In this document: positions 1 through 8,835 of the stretch, in pieces
How the letters are laid out: each line of letters begins with the position of its first letter
Position numbering within the stretch: the first letter of the stretch is position 1
From: a virus
Lineage: Duplodnaviria > Heunggongvirae > Uroviricota > Caudoviricetes
Strand: one strand, 5' to 3'
Length of the DNA stretch: 46,714 bases
IMG/VR virus record: IMGVR_UViG_2671180847_000008
Notes under the pieces: generated by a model
Databases searched by the model: none
The model's input: only the letters and a program-made list of their open reading frames with translations
What the model was told of the DNA's origin: nothing
Position numbers and translations under genes: made by a program

Positions 1-708
1 ATGTGGGTCAATAAGTATATTGACGATTGCACTGATGAGGATTTAAACGATCGTGACTTTATTGCATCAGTTGTTGACCGGGCTATTTTTCATTTCGCGA
101 TTAATAGTATATGTAATCCTGGGGATAATAAAGATGCAATGCCCATTGAACAATGTACTTTTGATGTAGAAACTAAGAATGACCTTCCCTCCACGGTTCA
201 GCTATTTTATGAGGAATCTAAGGATAATGAACCTTTAGCGAATATACATTTTCAAGCAATAGGTTCTGGTTTTTTAACGTTTGTTAATGCCTGCCAGGAA
301 CATGATGACAACAGCTTAAAATTATTTGCTTCGCTGTTAATTTCACTTTCATATTCTAGTGCCTACGCAGATTTATCAGAAACAGTGTATATTAATGAAA
401 ATAATGAGAGCTACCTGAAAGCTCAGTTTGAAAAATTATCTCAACGTGATATGAAGAAGTACCTGGGAGAGATGAAGCGTCTGGCTGATGGGGGAGAAAT
501 GAATTTTGATGGCTATCTGGATAAGATGTCACATCTGGTGAATGAAGGAACGCTCGATCCTGATATTTTAAGCAAAATGCGAGATGCTGCACCACAATTA
601 ATTAGCTTCGCGAAGTCGTTTGACCCAACCTCAAAGGAAGAGATTAAAATACTTACAGACACTTCTAAATTAATTTATGATTTGTTCGGGGTTAAATCGG
701 AGAAATAA
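1..708 (+). CDS. yjbM: Host hypothetical protein, YjbM-like (235 aa); may be complete, begins at window edge
   Basis: Single long ORF directly upstream of the dusA promoter region, the position yjbM occupies in E. coli K-12; identity recalled from memory, not searched. AT-rich. Confidence 0.5.
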   Translation: MWVNKYIDDCTDEDLNDRDFIASVVDRAIFHFAINSICNPGDNKDAMPIEQCTFDVETKNDLPSTVQLFYEESKDNEPLANIHFQAIGSGFLTFVNACQEHDDNSLKLFASLLISLSYSSAYADLSETVYINENNESYLKAQFEKLSQRDMKKYLGEMKRLADGGEMNFDGYLDKMSHLVNEGTLDPDILSKMRDAAPQLISFAKSFDPTSKEEIKILTDTSKLIYDLFGVKSEK

Positions 709-750
709 TATGTGAAGTTCTTCGATAGTATGGAAGGCATTATATAAAAG

Positions 751-778
751 GACCCAATATTTATTGGGTTCTTTTTTC
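751..778 (+). terminator. Rho-independent terminator after the yjbM-like gene
   Basis: Hairpin GACCCAATA...TATTGGGTTC followed by a run of six T. Confidence 0.6.
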
Positions 779-1070
779 TCTATCAATGCTATTAGCAGGG
801 AGATATATCACCAGAGTTTAATGTGTGATTTTTTATTTATCGTCGAACCTGGATTGTTTATCATTGGCCTTAACAAAGTTAACGGCTAATAAGATTATTT
901 CCATCACTTCGTGAGAGCTTCATGCCTTGAGAGGATCTCAATTTTCTTTTGCAATGAGACAGGCGCTTCCTGTTGTTATGGTATAGTACCCCGCTATTGA
1001 GCCTCCTGAATAGTGATGCTGAATAACATAACCCCATGATATATCGATAAAATAATCTCTACATTTGAAA

Positions 1071-1180
1071 ATGCACGGTAATTCTGAAATGCAAAAAATC
1101 AACCAAACCAGCGCAATGCCTGAAAAAACTGACGTTCACTGGAGTGGTCGGTTTAGCGTTGCACCAATGCTCGATAGGAT
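1071..1180 (+). repeat. attL region: displaced native dusA 5' end (encodes MHGNSEMQKINQTSAMPEKTDVHWSGRFSVAPMLD, then diverges into phage DNA)
   Basis: About 80% identical direct repeat of 45301-45410 (the start of intact dusA); reading frame breaks after the shared ATGCTCGA (1167-1174). Confidence 0.8.
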
Positions 1181-1318
1181 GTACCGTTCTTGAAAAACAA
1201 GTAGTTATACACTTTGTGGGAGCCTATTGGGAACCCGGCGTTTTCATTTCAAGGTGTAATCCATACGCGGCTTAAGAATGAGATATAATGCGACTTTTAG
1301 TGTTCCGCTTGAGAGGCC

Positions 1319-1861
1319 ATGATGCTTACCCTGGACGAGATAGGTCAATCAGTACGTAACAATATCCAGTTGATTATTGATCATGTCGGCTTACCTCTTG
1401 CTGTTGGTCCGCTCAGTGATGATGATTACAAGATTCTGTGTGGTGGCTATGGTGAGCTTGAATGGGACTATGCGTTAAGTACCTATGGCAACTCCAGAGA
1501 AAAGTATGAGTTCTGCATAAAACTTGTTCAGCAAGGTCGGGTTCAGGGAATACCATCAGGAGCAGCAATTTGTGTTTATGGGGTTGAAGAAAACATCTTT
1601 CGTATCCATATGATCGAAAGGTTTTCTAGAGAAGATGAATCTCACCCATTGAAAGGGCGCATGGTTTTACTCACTCTTATGAGTGCTTTTATATTTTGTA
1701 AAGCTGTTGAATGTAAAGTTGTCCACATTGTAGAGCCAGTACCAGAACTGGTGCAGTATTACGAGTCTTTTGGTTTCCGCATGGAACAGTGCGGTTATGT
1801 GATGTCGGCAGTCATTGATGAGCTGCAGGATATCTTTCTTAAATTTGCTCAGAAGGTATAG
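1319..1861 (+). CDS. Prophage cargo protein of unknown function, possibly GNAT-like acetyltransferase fold (start may be the second ATG at 1322)
   Basis: 180-aa ORF; RBS GAGAGG before tandem ATGs; perfect TATAAT at 1284-1289; AT-rich; C-terminal pattern GRMVLL...LVQYYESFGF loosely resembles GNAT motifs A/B. Confidence 0.6.
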   Translation: MMLTLDEIGQSVRNNIQLIIDHVGLPLAVGPLSDDDYKILCGGYGELEWDYALSTYGNSREKYEFCIKLVQQGRVQGIPSGAAICVYGVEENIFRIHMIERFSREDESHPLKGRMVLLTLMSAFIFCKAVECKVVHIVEPVPELVQYYESFGFRMEQCGYVMSAVIDELQDIFLKFAQKV

Positions 1862-1960
1862 ACGAGAAGGGTCTACAAATTGTAGGATACCCGTCCAGAT
1901 TACCTTAAAGGTACATCTATGGCAGTCGTTTTGTGCTTAAACTACTAAGAAACGATGTCA

Positions 1961-1981
1961 CCAATCGACATGATCGATTGG
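1961..1981. promoter_or_regulatory. Palindrome CCAATCGA-N5-TCGATTGG upstream of the 57-aa ORF; candidate operator
   Basis: Perfect 8-bp inverted arms with a 5-bp spacer, about 70 bp upstream of the ATG at 2052. Confidence 0.35.
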
Positions 1982-2051
1982 CATAAGTTAGCGAAACAAG
2001 CTAGCTTTAAAGAAAGGGTTAGAGACGCCTTTACTGTCTCGGGAGTTTTCT

Positions 2052-2225
2052 ATGAAAGATCAAAAAGCAACCAAGCCACAGGTTAAGTTCGACACAATGA
2101 AAGCATTCGCAGGTATGGGTGCTGCTGTTGAAGTTCTGATGAAGGCTGCTCCTAATGCGTTCACTCACGCTACTGTCTCTGGTAAAGAGCAGCAGGGTAA
2201 GCTTCGTCGTCGCAAAGCAGCATGA
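2052..2225 (+). CDS. Small basic protein, 57 aa, unknown function (below the ORF-track length cutoff)
   Basis: ATG with RBS GGGAG 6 nt upstream; ends just before a strong terminator; translation MKDQKATKPQVKFDTMKAFAGMGAAVEVLMKAAPNAFTHATVSGKEQQGKLRRRKAA. Confidence 0.55.
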   Translation: MKDQKATKPQVKFDTMKAFAGMGAAVEVLMKAAPNAFTHATVSGKEQQGKLRRRKAA

Positions 2226-2244
2226 TCATAGCTGGTGCTTTTTG

Positions 2245-2272
2245 AAAACCCGCCTTCAGGCGGGTTTTTTCT
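2245..2272. terminator. Bidirectional rho-independent terminator
   Basis: CCCGCC-TTCA-GGCGGG hairpin flanked by an A-tract on one side and six T on the other; lies between convergent genes. Confidence 0.8.
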
Positions 2273-2554
2273 TTAGTGATGTTCTTTGCCCTTCTGTTTG
2301 ACTGTTCTGACCTGTTCCCACTCGATACGTCCTTCTTCTCGCCTTTTGTCTATGTATTCCGCAAGATCCTGAATATTGATGCAACGTTTTGCTTTTTGTG
2401 ATGTGCCGATGCGATATGTTGGAACGGGCAACTTACAAGCGTTTGCTTTTGCTTCTGCCGTGGCTGGACTCATGCCAAAGTACTTTTGGCTAACTGCTGA
2501 GAGTTCAATGTTTGGGGTATTGAATTCAGCCATCAGTAAAAACAAGGTGTTCAT
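2273..2554 (-). CDS. Excisionase-like DNA-binding protein (PrtN/AlpA-type); start chosen at MNTLFLL
   Basis: ATG at 2554 with RBS GGAG 7 nt upstream; small basic protein; last gene of the leftward operon next to attL. Confidence 0.6.
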   Translation of the reverse strand: MNTLFLLMAEFNTPNIELSAVSQKYFGMSPATAEAKANACKLPVPTYRIGTSQKAKRCINIQDLAEYIDKRREEGRIEWEQVRTVKQKGKEHH

Positions 2555-2590
2555 AATTTTCTCCATCAAAACCGGCTGCACCCGGGAAAA

Positions 2591-3163
2591 TCATAATTCT
2601 GTGCTGGTGGCAGGAATTAATTTCTGCCAGATAGCGGAAACATATTTTGCCTGATGACGGGCATCAGCCAGGGCGTTGTGCCGTTCGCCATCGAAAGGCA
2701 TGTCCATTTTGGGGTCGAATCCGATGGAACGCCCAAGCGTAACGATCGTGCGTACATCGTGGTCATTCCAGTACGCCCACGGGCAGATTTGTCCTGCTCG
2801 CTCATAAGCTCCACGTAAAATTACGTTGTCGAAGGTGGCCCCGTTACCCCAGACTTTTAAATATTTCGTATTGTCTGCGTGCCGGTTAATGAAATGGTTT
2901 AGTTCTGAGAGAGCATCGCTGATCGACAAAGTATCATCAATACAGATTGCAGCTCGCGCTTCAGGGCTTTGTTTCAACCACCACAGGATGGTATCGCCGT
3001 CAGGTGTAGCTCCTTGCTTCATAGCACTGTCCAGGCTGACAACCGCATAAAATTCTTGTCCGATGTCTCCGGTTTCTGGAGTGAAGAACACCGCGCCAAT
3101 GGAAACGATCGGTGCATCCTTATTTTTCCCCATCGTCTCAAGGTCGATCATTAAGTTGTTCAT
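2591..3163 (-). CDS. DnaQ-like 3'-5' exonuclease
   Basis: Start MNNLMIDLETMG with RBS GGAGG; DLET and HNAL-D motifs of DEDDh exonucleases; start overlaps the upstream stop (TGATG). Confidence 0.8.
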   Translation of the reverse strand: MNNLMIDLETMGKNKDAPIVSIGAVFFTPETGDIGQEFYAVVSLDSAMKQGATPDGDTILWWLKQSPEARAAICIDDTLSISDALSELNHFINRHADNTKYLKVWGNGATFDNVILRGAYERAGQICPWAYWNDHDVRTIVTLGRSIGFDPKMDMPFDGERHNALADARHQAKYVSAIWQKLIPATSTEL

Positions 3164-3885
3164 CACTTCACCTCCTGCGGCGGTTCCGGTAGCGGCATCC
3201 AATTGATTACATCGCATTCAGGGATGCTGATATCATCACCAAGCCATCCTTGACCTTCAGACCAGCATTGCACGTAATACCCGTATTCTGTGTTCACTAC
3301 GCACCACTGCCCGTCATCCGGCATTCGCTCACTACAGCTTATCCAACTATCCGGAGTTACCGGAGAGTTGCCATTTACATCGAAGTTTGGCTCTGCGTCC
3401 TGAACCAGGAGGATGTAACCATTCTTGGCAGTATCAAGTTCTAACGCCTCGGTGACGGTGCCGAAATAGCGATTACCTAAATCAGCATCACAAGTGCTTA
3501 CATCAATGGAAACTTCCATGCCTTCGATTAATTCTGGCAAGTTGTAAGTTTGGTTTACAGGTTGGCCTCCCTGAAGCATGGCGGCGCGGTGACACCAGAT
3601 AATCCAGCCAAGCGCCATATCCCATGCCATGTATTCTCTATCACCATTTTTTGCCCTGCGGCGATCTACAGATTCCCCGAAACGCTTCTCCATAAATAAT
3701 TCATAGGCTGCCCGTTCATCCGATACTGCTGCCAGCGATGCCAGTGCAATTTTAAATGCGGTAAGTATGTTGTTAACCACACCTATTTCGAATGCTATTT
3801 CACTACATACAAACGATTTATCGTCTATTATCGACTCAATTCCGGTAATCGTGTTCTGTAACCATTCTTTGGTAAGAGTATTCAT
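3163..3885 (-). CDS. Early-left hypothetical protein with DUF551-like C-terminus
   Basis: 240-aa ORF; RBS AAGGTG; C-terminal W-rich motif DGQWCVV...WMPLPEPP. Confidence 0.7.
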   Translation of the reverse strand: MNTLTKEWLQNTITGIESIIDDKSFVCSEIAFEIGVVNNILTAFKIALASLAAVSDERAAYELFMEKRFGESVDRRRAKNGDREYMAWDMALGWIIWCHRAAMLQGGQPVNQTYNLPELIEGMEVSIDVSTCDADLGNRYFGTVTEALELDTAKNGYILLVQDAEPNFDVNGNSPVTPDSWISCSERMPDDGQWCVVNTEYGYYVQCWSEGQGWLGDDISIPECDVINWMPLPEPPQEVK

Positions 3886-3887
3886 AA

Positions 3888-4079
3888 CTATTTCACCTTA
3901 ATCTCAACATTTCGCAGCTTTAGCTCTACTGGCAGGTCTGACTTTCCGGTTAATGCTAATGCGAGATTTTCTGGAGTAATGAGAGCAGTTATTGTTTTCC
4001 CCCTCGCCAGACGAATAATCATTCGTATTTCGCGATCGTCACATGCTCCTGGTCGAACAATTGATATTTGTCCGTTCAC
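3888..4079 (-). CDS. Small hypothetical protein (63 aa)
   Basis: GTG start with RBS AAGGAG 7 nt upstream; tightly packed in the operon. Confidence 0.5.
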   Translation of the reverse strand: MNGQISIVRPGACDDREIRMIIRLARGKTITALITPENLALALTGKSDLPVELKLRNVEIKVK

Positions 4080-4080
4080 C

Positions 4081-4644
4081 TCACTCTCCTTTGATGCGAA
4101 TGCCAGCGTCAGACATCATATGCAGATACTCAACTGCATCCTGAACCCATTGACCGCCAATCCCGTAATAGCGATGCGTAATGATGTCGATAGTTACTAA
4201 CGGGTCTTGTTCGATTAACTTCCGCAGAAACTCTTCCAGGTCACCAGTGCAGTGCTTGATGACAGGAGTTTTCCCAGGATGGCGAACAACAAGAAACTGA
4301 TTTCCGACTTCACGGACTTCGTTGCTTTCCAGTTCTGCAATGCGCTTCTCTGCGGCTTCCAGCTCAACTCTCAGCTTCCCAACAGTAAGAGCAATATCCT
4401 CGTTCTCCTGATCGCGGCGTTTTATGTATTGCTGGTTTCTTTCCCGTTCATCCAGCAGCGCCAGCACGGTTTCTGGTCCGATCAGAAATTTGAAGGCGTT
4501 GAGCGCATCAATATCCACACCGTAATCTTTAAGTTCCTGTTCACTTAACAAATCATCATCAGCTGGCAACATTAACAGGCGTTCCATTGCTGGAATTGCA
4601 CGTTCCGCCGCCTCACGCAGTGCCTGGTAATTAATTTCGCTCAC
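4081..4644 (-). CDS. Ea22-like early protein (coiled-coil)
   Basis: GTG start with RBS AAGGAGG; N-terminus VSEINYQALREAAERA typical of the ead/Ea22 family; GTGA overlap with the upstream gene. Confidence 0.7.
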   Translation of the reverse strand: MSEINYQALREAAERAIPAMERLLMLPADDDLLSEQELKDYGVDIDALNAFKFLIGPETVLALLDERERNQQYIKRRDQENEDIALTVGKLRVELEAAEKRIAELESNEVREVGNQFLVVRHPGKTPVIKHCTGDLEEFLRKLIEQDPLVTIDIITHRYYGIGGQWVQDAVEYLHMMSDAGIRIKGE

Positions 4645-4880
4645 TGGTTGCCTCCTTTGCGGATCTGCGCTGCGATGCACGAAAAAAAAGACTCTCGCGT
4701 ATGACTGTTAAGAGCTGGCGCGAACGCCGCGCTAAGAACGGCAGCATCACAGCCGTCATCGATATAGAGCGCAATTTTTTTCTCCAGGCGTGCTTTAGCT
4801 TCCTGCAACTGCATACCCCGGCACGCACGCGGGATATACTCAGCAATTTGAGCGATAGATTTTTCGTTCTGTTTAAACAT
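4641..4880 (-). CDS. Small hypothetical early protein (79 aa)
   Basis: ATG with RBS GAGGTG; stop overlaps the Ea22-like start (translational coupling). Confidence 0.55.
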   Translation of the reverse strand: MFKQNEKSIAQIAEYIPRACRGMQLQEAKARLEKKIALYIDDGCDAAVLSAAFAPALNSHTRESFFSCIAAQIRKGGNQ

Positions 4881-5076
4881 GCTTCACCTCGATAGGCTTG
4901 ATGGTATCGATCAGCAGTCGGCGGCGAGTATTTTCTGCAAAGTGGCGGCGTCCGGTTTCTTTGTGGTAAAACTCGTTTTTTCCGACGACCCACATCCGCT
5001 TTGTCTGGTGCAGTTTTTTTACCTGCGGACCGTCTCGGGTGATAACAATTCCTGTATGAGTTTTTATCACGCTCAT
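4873..5076 (-). CDS. Small hypothetical early protein (67 aa)
   Basis: ATG start; ATGA-type overlaps with both neighbours. Confidence 0.5.
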   Translation of the reverse strand: MSVIKTHTGIVITRDGPQVKKLHQTKRMWVVGKNEFYHKETGRRHFAENTRRRLLIDTIKPIEVKHV

Positions 5077-5435
5077 TTCTTATTCTCCGGTGCTTTTGGC
5101 ATTACTGCCCAGTGAGTGATATTGACGTTTTCAAGGTCCCCGACCTGAAATGTCCACTGCCATTCTCCGGTTTCTTTTTGTCCCCAGGTGTACCAGAGAG
5201 AACGCCAGCCAATCAGCCAGCCTTCTCCGTTAGCATCAAATAACAGAACACTTTCATTTGCTGGCGGCAGTTCAGCTGACACTGGCATTATTTTGTTTTC
5301 CAGTGCCGCACATTTAGCTTCAAGCGCATCGAATTTACGTACCAGGTACTCAGCATTTGTTTCATTCACTTTCAGATCTCGCGGTACACATTTCCCGCGA
5401 AGAAACCCTTCCATTTCGAAAACATTCATGCGCAT
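5073..5435 (-). CDS. Small DUF551-like protein
   Basis: 120-aa ORF; C-terminal W-rich motif ITHWAVMPKAPE. Confidence 0.6.
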   Translation of the reverse strand: MRMNVFEMEGFLRGKCVPRDLKVNETNAEYLVRKFDALEAKCAALENKIMPVSAELPPANESVLLFDANGEGWLIGWRSLWYTWGQKETGEWQWTFQVGDLENVNITHWAVMPKAPENKK

Positions 5436-5962
5436 TTGCGTAACTCCGATAACTCGTTAAAACGTTCCATAAACATCCCGTAGGCATGGCCCGGTGCCAG
5501 TGGAACCACGTTGAACATCTCTGTTGCCGGGATGCCTTCCAGTACAGGCCAGAAAGAGCCATCATCAAGCCCGAGATCGCGGCGTTCGGTTGCCAGCATG
5601 ATGAGATCGGCATATTTCACAGGCGTGCTCATAACCGGGGGTAACCCGTATTTCTCACGGATTACGGCATCTATTTTTTCTTCCATCCGTTTATAGTCAG
5701 GAAGAAGGCGTTTCAGTGGAGCGGGGATGTCCTGGCAATATGCTTCTGTTGCATCATGCATTAACGCTTCAAAAGCAAATTCCTGCGGTACCAGCTGGCT
5801 GCAAAGCACCGCATGCTGGGCGACGCTGTAGAAGTGTGAAAGATGTCCTGCAAAGCGACAGATATTTGAAAGGGAAACTGCGATATCGTTAATCACGATG
5901 TCGTCTTTATTTATCTTGTCATAATAAAAATGCTTCCCGGAAAAAGTTTTAATAAATGACAT
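5426..5962 (-). CDS. HD-domain phosphohydrolase (YfdR-like 5'-deoxynucleotidase family)
   Basis: Start MSFIKTF with RBS GGAG; H...HD metal-binding motifs (AQHAVLCS, ALMHDATE). Confidence 0.75.
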   Translation of the reverse strand: MSFIKTFSGKHFYYDKINKDDIVINDIAVSLSNICRFAGHLSHFYSVAQHAVLCSQLVPQEFAFEALMHDATEAYCQDIPAPLKRLLPDYKRMEEKIDAVIREKYGLPPVMSTPVKYADLIMLATERRDLGLDDGSFWPVLEGIPATEMFNVVPLAPGHAYGMFMERFNELSELRKCA

Positions 5963-6090
5963 TTCGTTCTCCACTTTATATGCGCTGCACAGCGCTGAAT
6001 TCTGCTAAAAGGAAGCTCTCACCATCCGGTGATTATTGAGTTAATTACGTTTCCATAAATGCCCCCGCAGGGGCATTTGCAGTAATGAAA

Positions 6091-6915
6091 TCAGGCGGTG
6101 AAAGTACCAATAAAGGTTTCTACTTTGCTGTCTTTGAATTTCTCAACAAGCAGATCACGAAATTCGTTAGCCATTTCTTCCTGCATCGCTTCCAGCTGAA
6201 TAATGCGCAGAACCAGTACAGGACGATCGCCAGTGATAATGCTGAGGCGTAATTTAAACGGACGTTCTTTCAGACCTTCAAACGGAACGCATTTAAATTC
6301 AAATGCCACTGGCATAATGTCTTTGGTCTTCGCTTCGACAGACTCCATCAGGGAGCGTTTGCCGCTGAAGTCATTATCTTCAAAATCAGCGGTCTGGTTT
6401 GCTTCAATCGTGATTTTACGGACTGCCGCAGCCGCTTTTGTTGCCTGAATAGCGTCACCATTGGCATCAAAGCCCACAAGGTAGTCGGCCCAGTCTTCAA
6501 TCCATTCTGCCAGTGACTTCTGGGAGTTACGCTCGCCGTTAACAGACAACAGGGCAGAGAACGGTGCTGTCTTTTTCAGTTTGAGAGTGGCGGTGTTATC
6601 TGCGTGACCTGGTTCATCAATAGTACCCAGGTTAAGCACACTGACGGCTCGCATATTATCGGCATCGATAAAGCAGCGGGTGCCTTCATCTGCAAGATCT
6701 TTAGAATAACGGGTAAAGTCATCGATGCTGGCAGTGGAAAGCGCACCACGGAAACGGAAGCGATTTAAATTAAATTTTTCCAGATCATGAATGCGGAAAT
6801 TCTCAGGCAATGCCACAGCATCGGCACCAATATTACTGATAATTTCATTAACACCCTGAGCAGAAATAAGGGCATGGATTTGATTAATTGCGGTTGCGTC
6901 TAAGTTCTGAGACAT
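6091..6915 (-). CDS. YfdQ-like protein (DUF2303)
   Basis: 274-aa ORF; ATG with RBS GAGGA; family recalled from the CPS-53 prophage early region. Confidence 0.7.
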   Translation of the reverse strand: MSQNLDATAINQIHALISAQGVNEIISNIGADAVALPENFRIHDLEKFNLNRFRFRGALSTASIDDFTRYSKDLADEGTRCFIDADNMRAVSVLNLGTIDEPGHADNTATLKLKKTAPFSALLSVNGERNSQKSLAEWIEDWADYLVGFDANGDAIQATKAAAAVRKITIEANQTADFEDNDFSGKRSLMESVEAKTKDIMPVAFEFKCVPFEGLKERPFKLRLSIITGDRPVLVLRIIQLEAMQEEMANEFRDLLVEKFKDSKVETFIGTFTA

Positions 6916-6980
6916 AATAAGTCCTCACTATATAAAGATATTCAGTGATGAGATAAATAATCAGTTTATTAAGAACGATA

Positions 6981-7343
6981 TTAACGACCTGCTGCGCGGA
7001 GTTTTCCGTCAGGCTCACCGGCAAGAGTCAGTAATTGTCCCTGGTCTTCCTGCAGAATAGTCAGGCGACCACCGCGATTGACATACATCGGCGTTTCGGT
7101 GGTGTCTTCTTCGGAAATTTTCCCGCGGTTAGTCGGACGAACATATGAGAGTTTGTGTTTTATTTTCACACGGTTCTCATCAAACGGTTCGATTTCCAGG
7201 TTGAGCGAGACCTTACCTTTGGTTTTCGTGTTCATCACACCGGAAGCGACTTCACTGAGAACTGCGCCGATTTTGGTTTCAAATACGCCGCCGTCCAGCT
7301 CCCCGATAAATTCCTGCACGTTGGTACTGCGTTCGCTAGCCAT
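6981..7343 (-). CDS. YfdP-like early protein; start at MASERSTNV
   Basis: ATG at 7343 with RBS AGGAG 7 nt upstream; the 77 codons of track ORF upstream of this start are R/S/C-rich and look non-coding. Confidence 0.65.
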   Translation of the reverse strand: MASERSTNVQEFIGELDGGVFETKIGAVLSEVASGVMNTKTKGKVSLNLEIEPFDENRVKIKHKLSYVRPTNRGKISEEDTTETPMYVNRGGRLTILQEDQGQLLTLAGEPDGKLRAAGR

Positions 7344-7950
7344 TTTGCTGCTCCTCATCATATCGACCCTGCAAGGTCGGTTGGTTTCTCCACAAAACAG
7401 AGAAGAACACCTGCGGTGACTGCCGCCCGGATGGATTGGGTTATGAGCCCGTCGTCCGGTGATGCTCTTCTCTGTTTTGTAAAAAGAGCGGTACCAGCCG
7501 GAAGCAAGTGTACAAACTGGTACCGCCAAAGCAGTGGCTGTTGTGGTGGGGTTGTCACTCAGGCGTATGGTCAACCTGACAATCCGGTGTCCTCAACGGG
7601 GAAAGAGTAACCCCGCCATACTTACCGCCGCGCCATTTCGCGGATTACCACAACGCTGAGAGCACTTAGCCAGTTACGGCACCACACTTTGTCGCGGTTC
7701 CATAAATGCCCTCATCGTTGCACCCTGGTCTCTTCCCAGGCGTCAAACCGGATCGCCGCGCTGGTTAGGCGTCTTATCAGCATCATCATTGACTTGCACA
7801 TTCCGGCTACCTGGTTTGTTTGCCCGAGCAGGAGTGGATTGTCCCCTTTAACGTCCCCAGACCGCTAACGACGCATGTGCCATACGCCGTGTTACAACCA
7901 AATTTTGTTAGTACCTTGTTTGTAGGTCTGGAAAGAAAGATAAAATGAAG

Positions 7951-7989
7951 TTGCGCATTATGCAAGTGTTTTTATTGCGAGATATGCAA
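7951..7989. promoter_or_regulatory. Candidate OL/pL: two 15-bp operator-like sites
   Basis: TTGCGCATTATGCAA (7951-7965) and TTGCGAGATATGCAA (7975-7989) share the TTGC-N7-GCAA pattern with the site in the cI-cro intergenic region; they overlap a possible leftward promoter. Confidence 0.45.
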
Positions 7990-8000
7990 TTTGGTGGGTA

Positions 8001-8023
8001 ATGAAAAGCCACCTTCTGGTGGC
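8001..8023 (-). terminator. Terminator of the repressor transcript
   Basis: GCCACC-TTCT-GGTGGC hairpin followed on the minus strand by TTTTCAT, just past the repressor stop. Confidence 0.6.
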
Positions 8024-8045
8024 TAATTGATGTTGAGGTAGGAGG

Positions 8046-8738
8046 TTAATTGTGTCGCTTAAGGGTTTGTGACTGACTGATTAAGACCTTTCCAAAGACC
8101 ATAAACCGGTGTTCGTTTTCGCTGGTAATTCCCCATTCGCGGTAAATCTGATTATCAGAAATTACCAGCAGTTTATCAGGTATCATTTGCAGTCGTTTGA
8201 CGTAAATTTTATCATCAAAACCAAATACATATATACCATCCCCATCAAACTGATTGATACTGATATCAACGAAGATGAGATCTCCTGGCTCAATGGTTGG
8301 ACACATACTGTCCCCACGAACGTTGATAACTTTAATGTGATTTGCTGGTCGTCCACCAAACATCGATACAGCATTATCAGTTCTGTATTCAATGGCATGA
8401 ATCACATCAATGACATCACCGCCCTGGATAAGGCCATTTCCCGCACTGGCACTGACATCCAGCATTTCAATACGGAATACATCCTTCACCTGCGCAACAT
8501 CCTCACTAATACTGTTTTTACATACAGTATTACTTTTGAAGTCTGAGGTAAAGAGATCAGCAATATCAACACCTAAGCTCCTGGCAATATTACTCAGGGC
8601 TTGTTCAGTGAATTGTTTCTGCTTACCTGTTTCCAGGCGTGAGATATTCGCCGCATCCACTCCTATTGCTTCAGCGAGATCGGCGATTTTCATGTTCTTC
8701 GCCTGGCGAAGTTGTCTGACTCGATTTCCTATGTTCAT
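8046..8738 (-). CDS. cI: CI-like prophage repressor (HTH plus S24/LexA-like peptidase domain)
   Basis: N-terminal HTH (KIADLAEAIGVDAANISRLETG); C-terminal GDSM Ser and VKRL Lys autocleavage motifs; ATG with almost no leader, as for lambda cI. Confidence 0.9.
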   Translation of the reverse strand: MNIGNRVRQLRQAKNMKIADLAEAIGVDAANISRLETGKQKQFTEQALSNIARSLGVDIADLFTSDFKSNTVCKNSISEDVAQVKDVFRIEMLDVSASAGNGLIQGGDVIDVIHAIEYRTDNAVSMFGGRPANHIKVINVRGDSMCPTIEPGDLIFVDISINQFDGDGIYVFGFDDKIYVKRLQMIPDKLLVISDNQIYREWGITSENEHRFMVFGKVLISQSQTLKRHN

Positions 8739-8744
8739 GCGTTT

Positions 8745-8821
8745 ATTACATTTCTTTATTGCGCGTTAAGCAAATCAACTTGCGCAAAATATTTGCGTGA
8801 AATAATATGCTCATCACGCAA
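8745..8821. promoter_or_regulatory. Divergent immunity promoters with operator-like repeats (candidate pRM/pR/OR)
   Basis: Rightward TTGCGC-N17-TAATAT (8780-8808) ahead of cro; leftward TTGCTT-N17-TGTAAT (8773-8745) ahead of cI; TTGCGCGTTAAGCAA (8759-8773) plus inverted TTGCGTGA...TCACGCAA (8793-8821). Confidence 0.55.
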
Positions 8822-8835
8822 TATGTGGAGGTCAT

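Noticed and set aside
6981-7574. 197-aa version of the YfdP-like ORF
   Set aside because: The upstream 77 codons are R/S/C/H-rich with no RBS; a strong AGGAG-ATG start sits at 7343.
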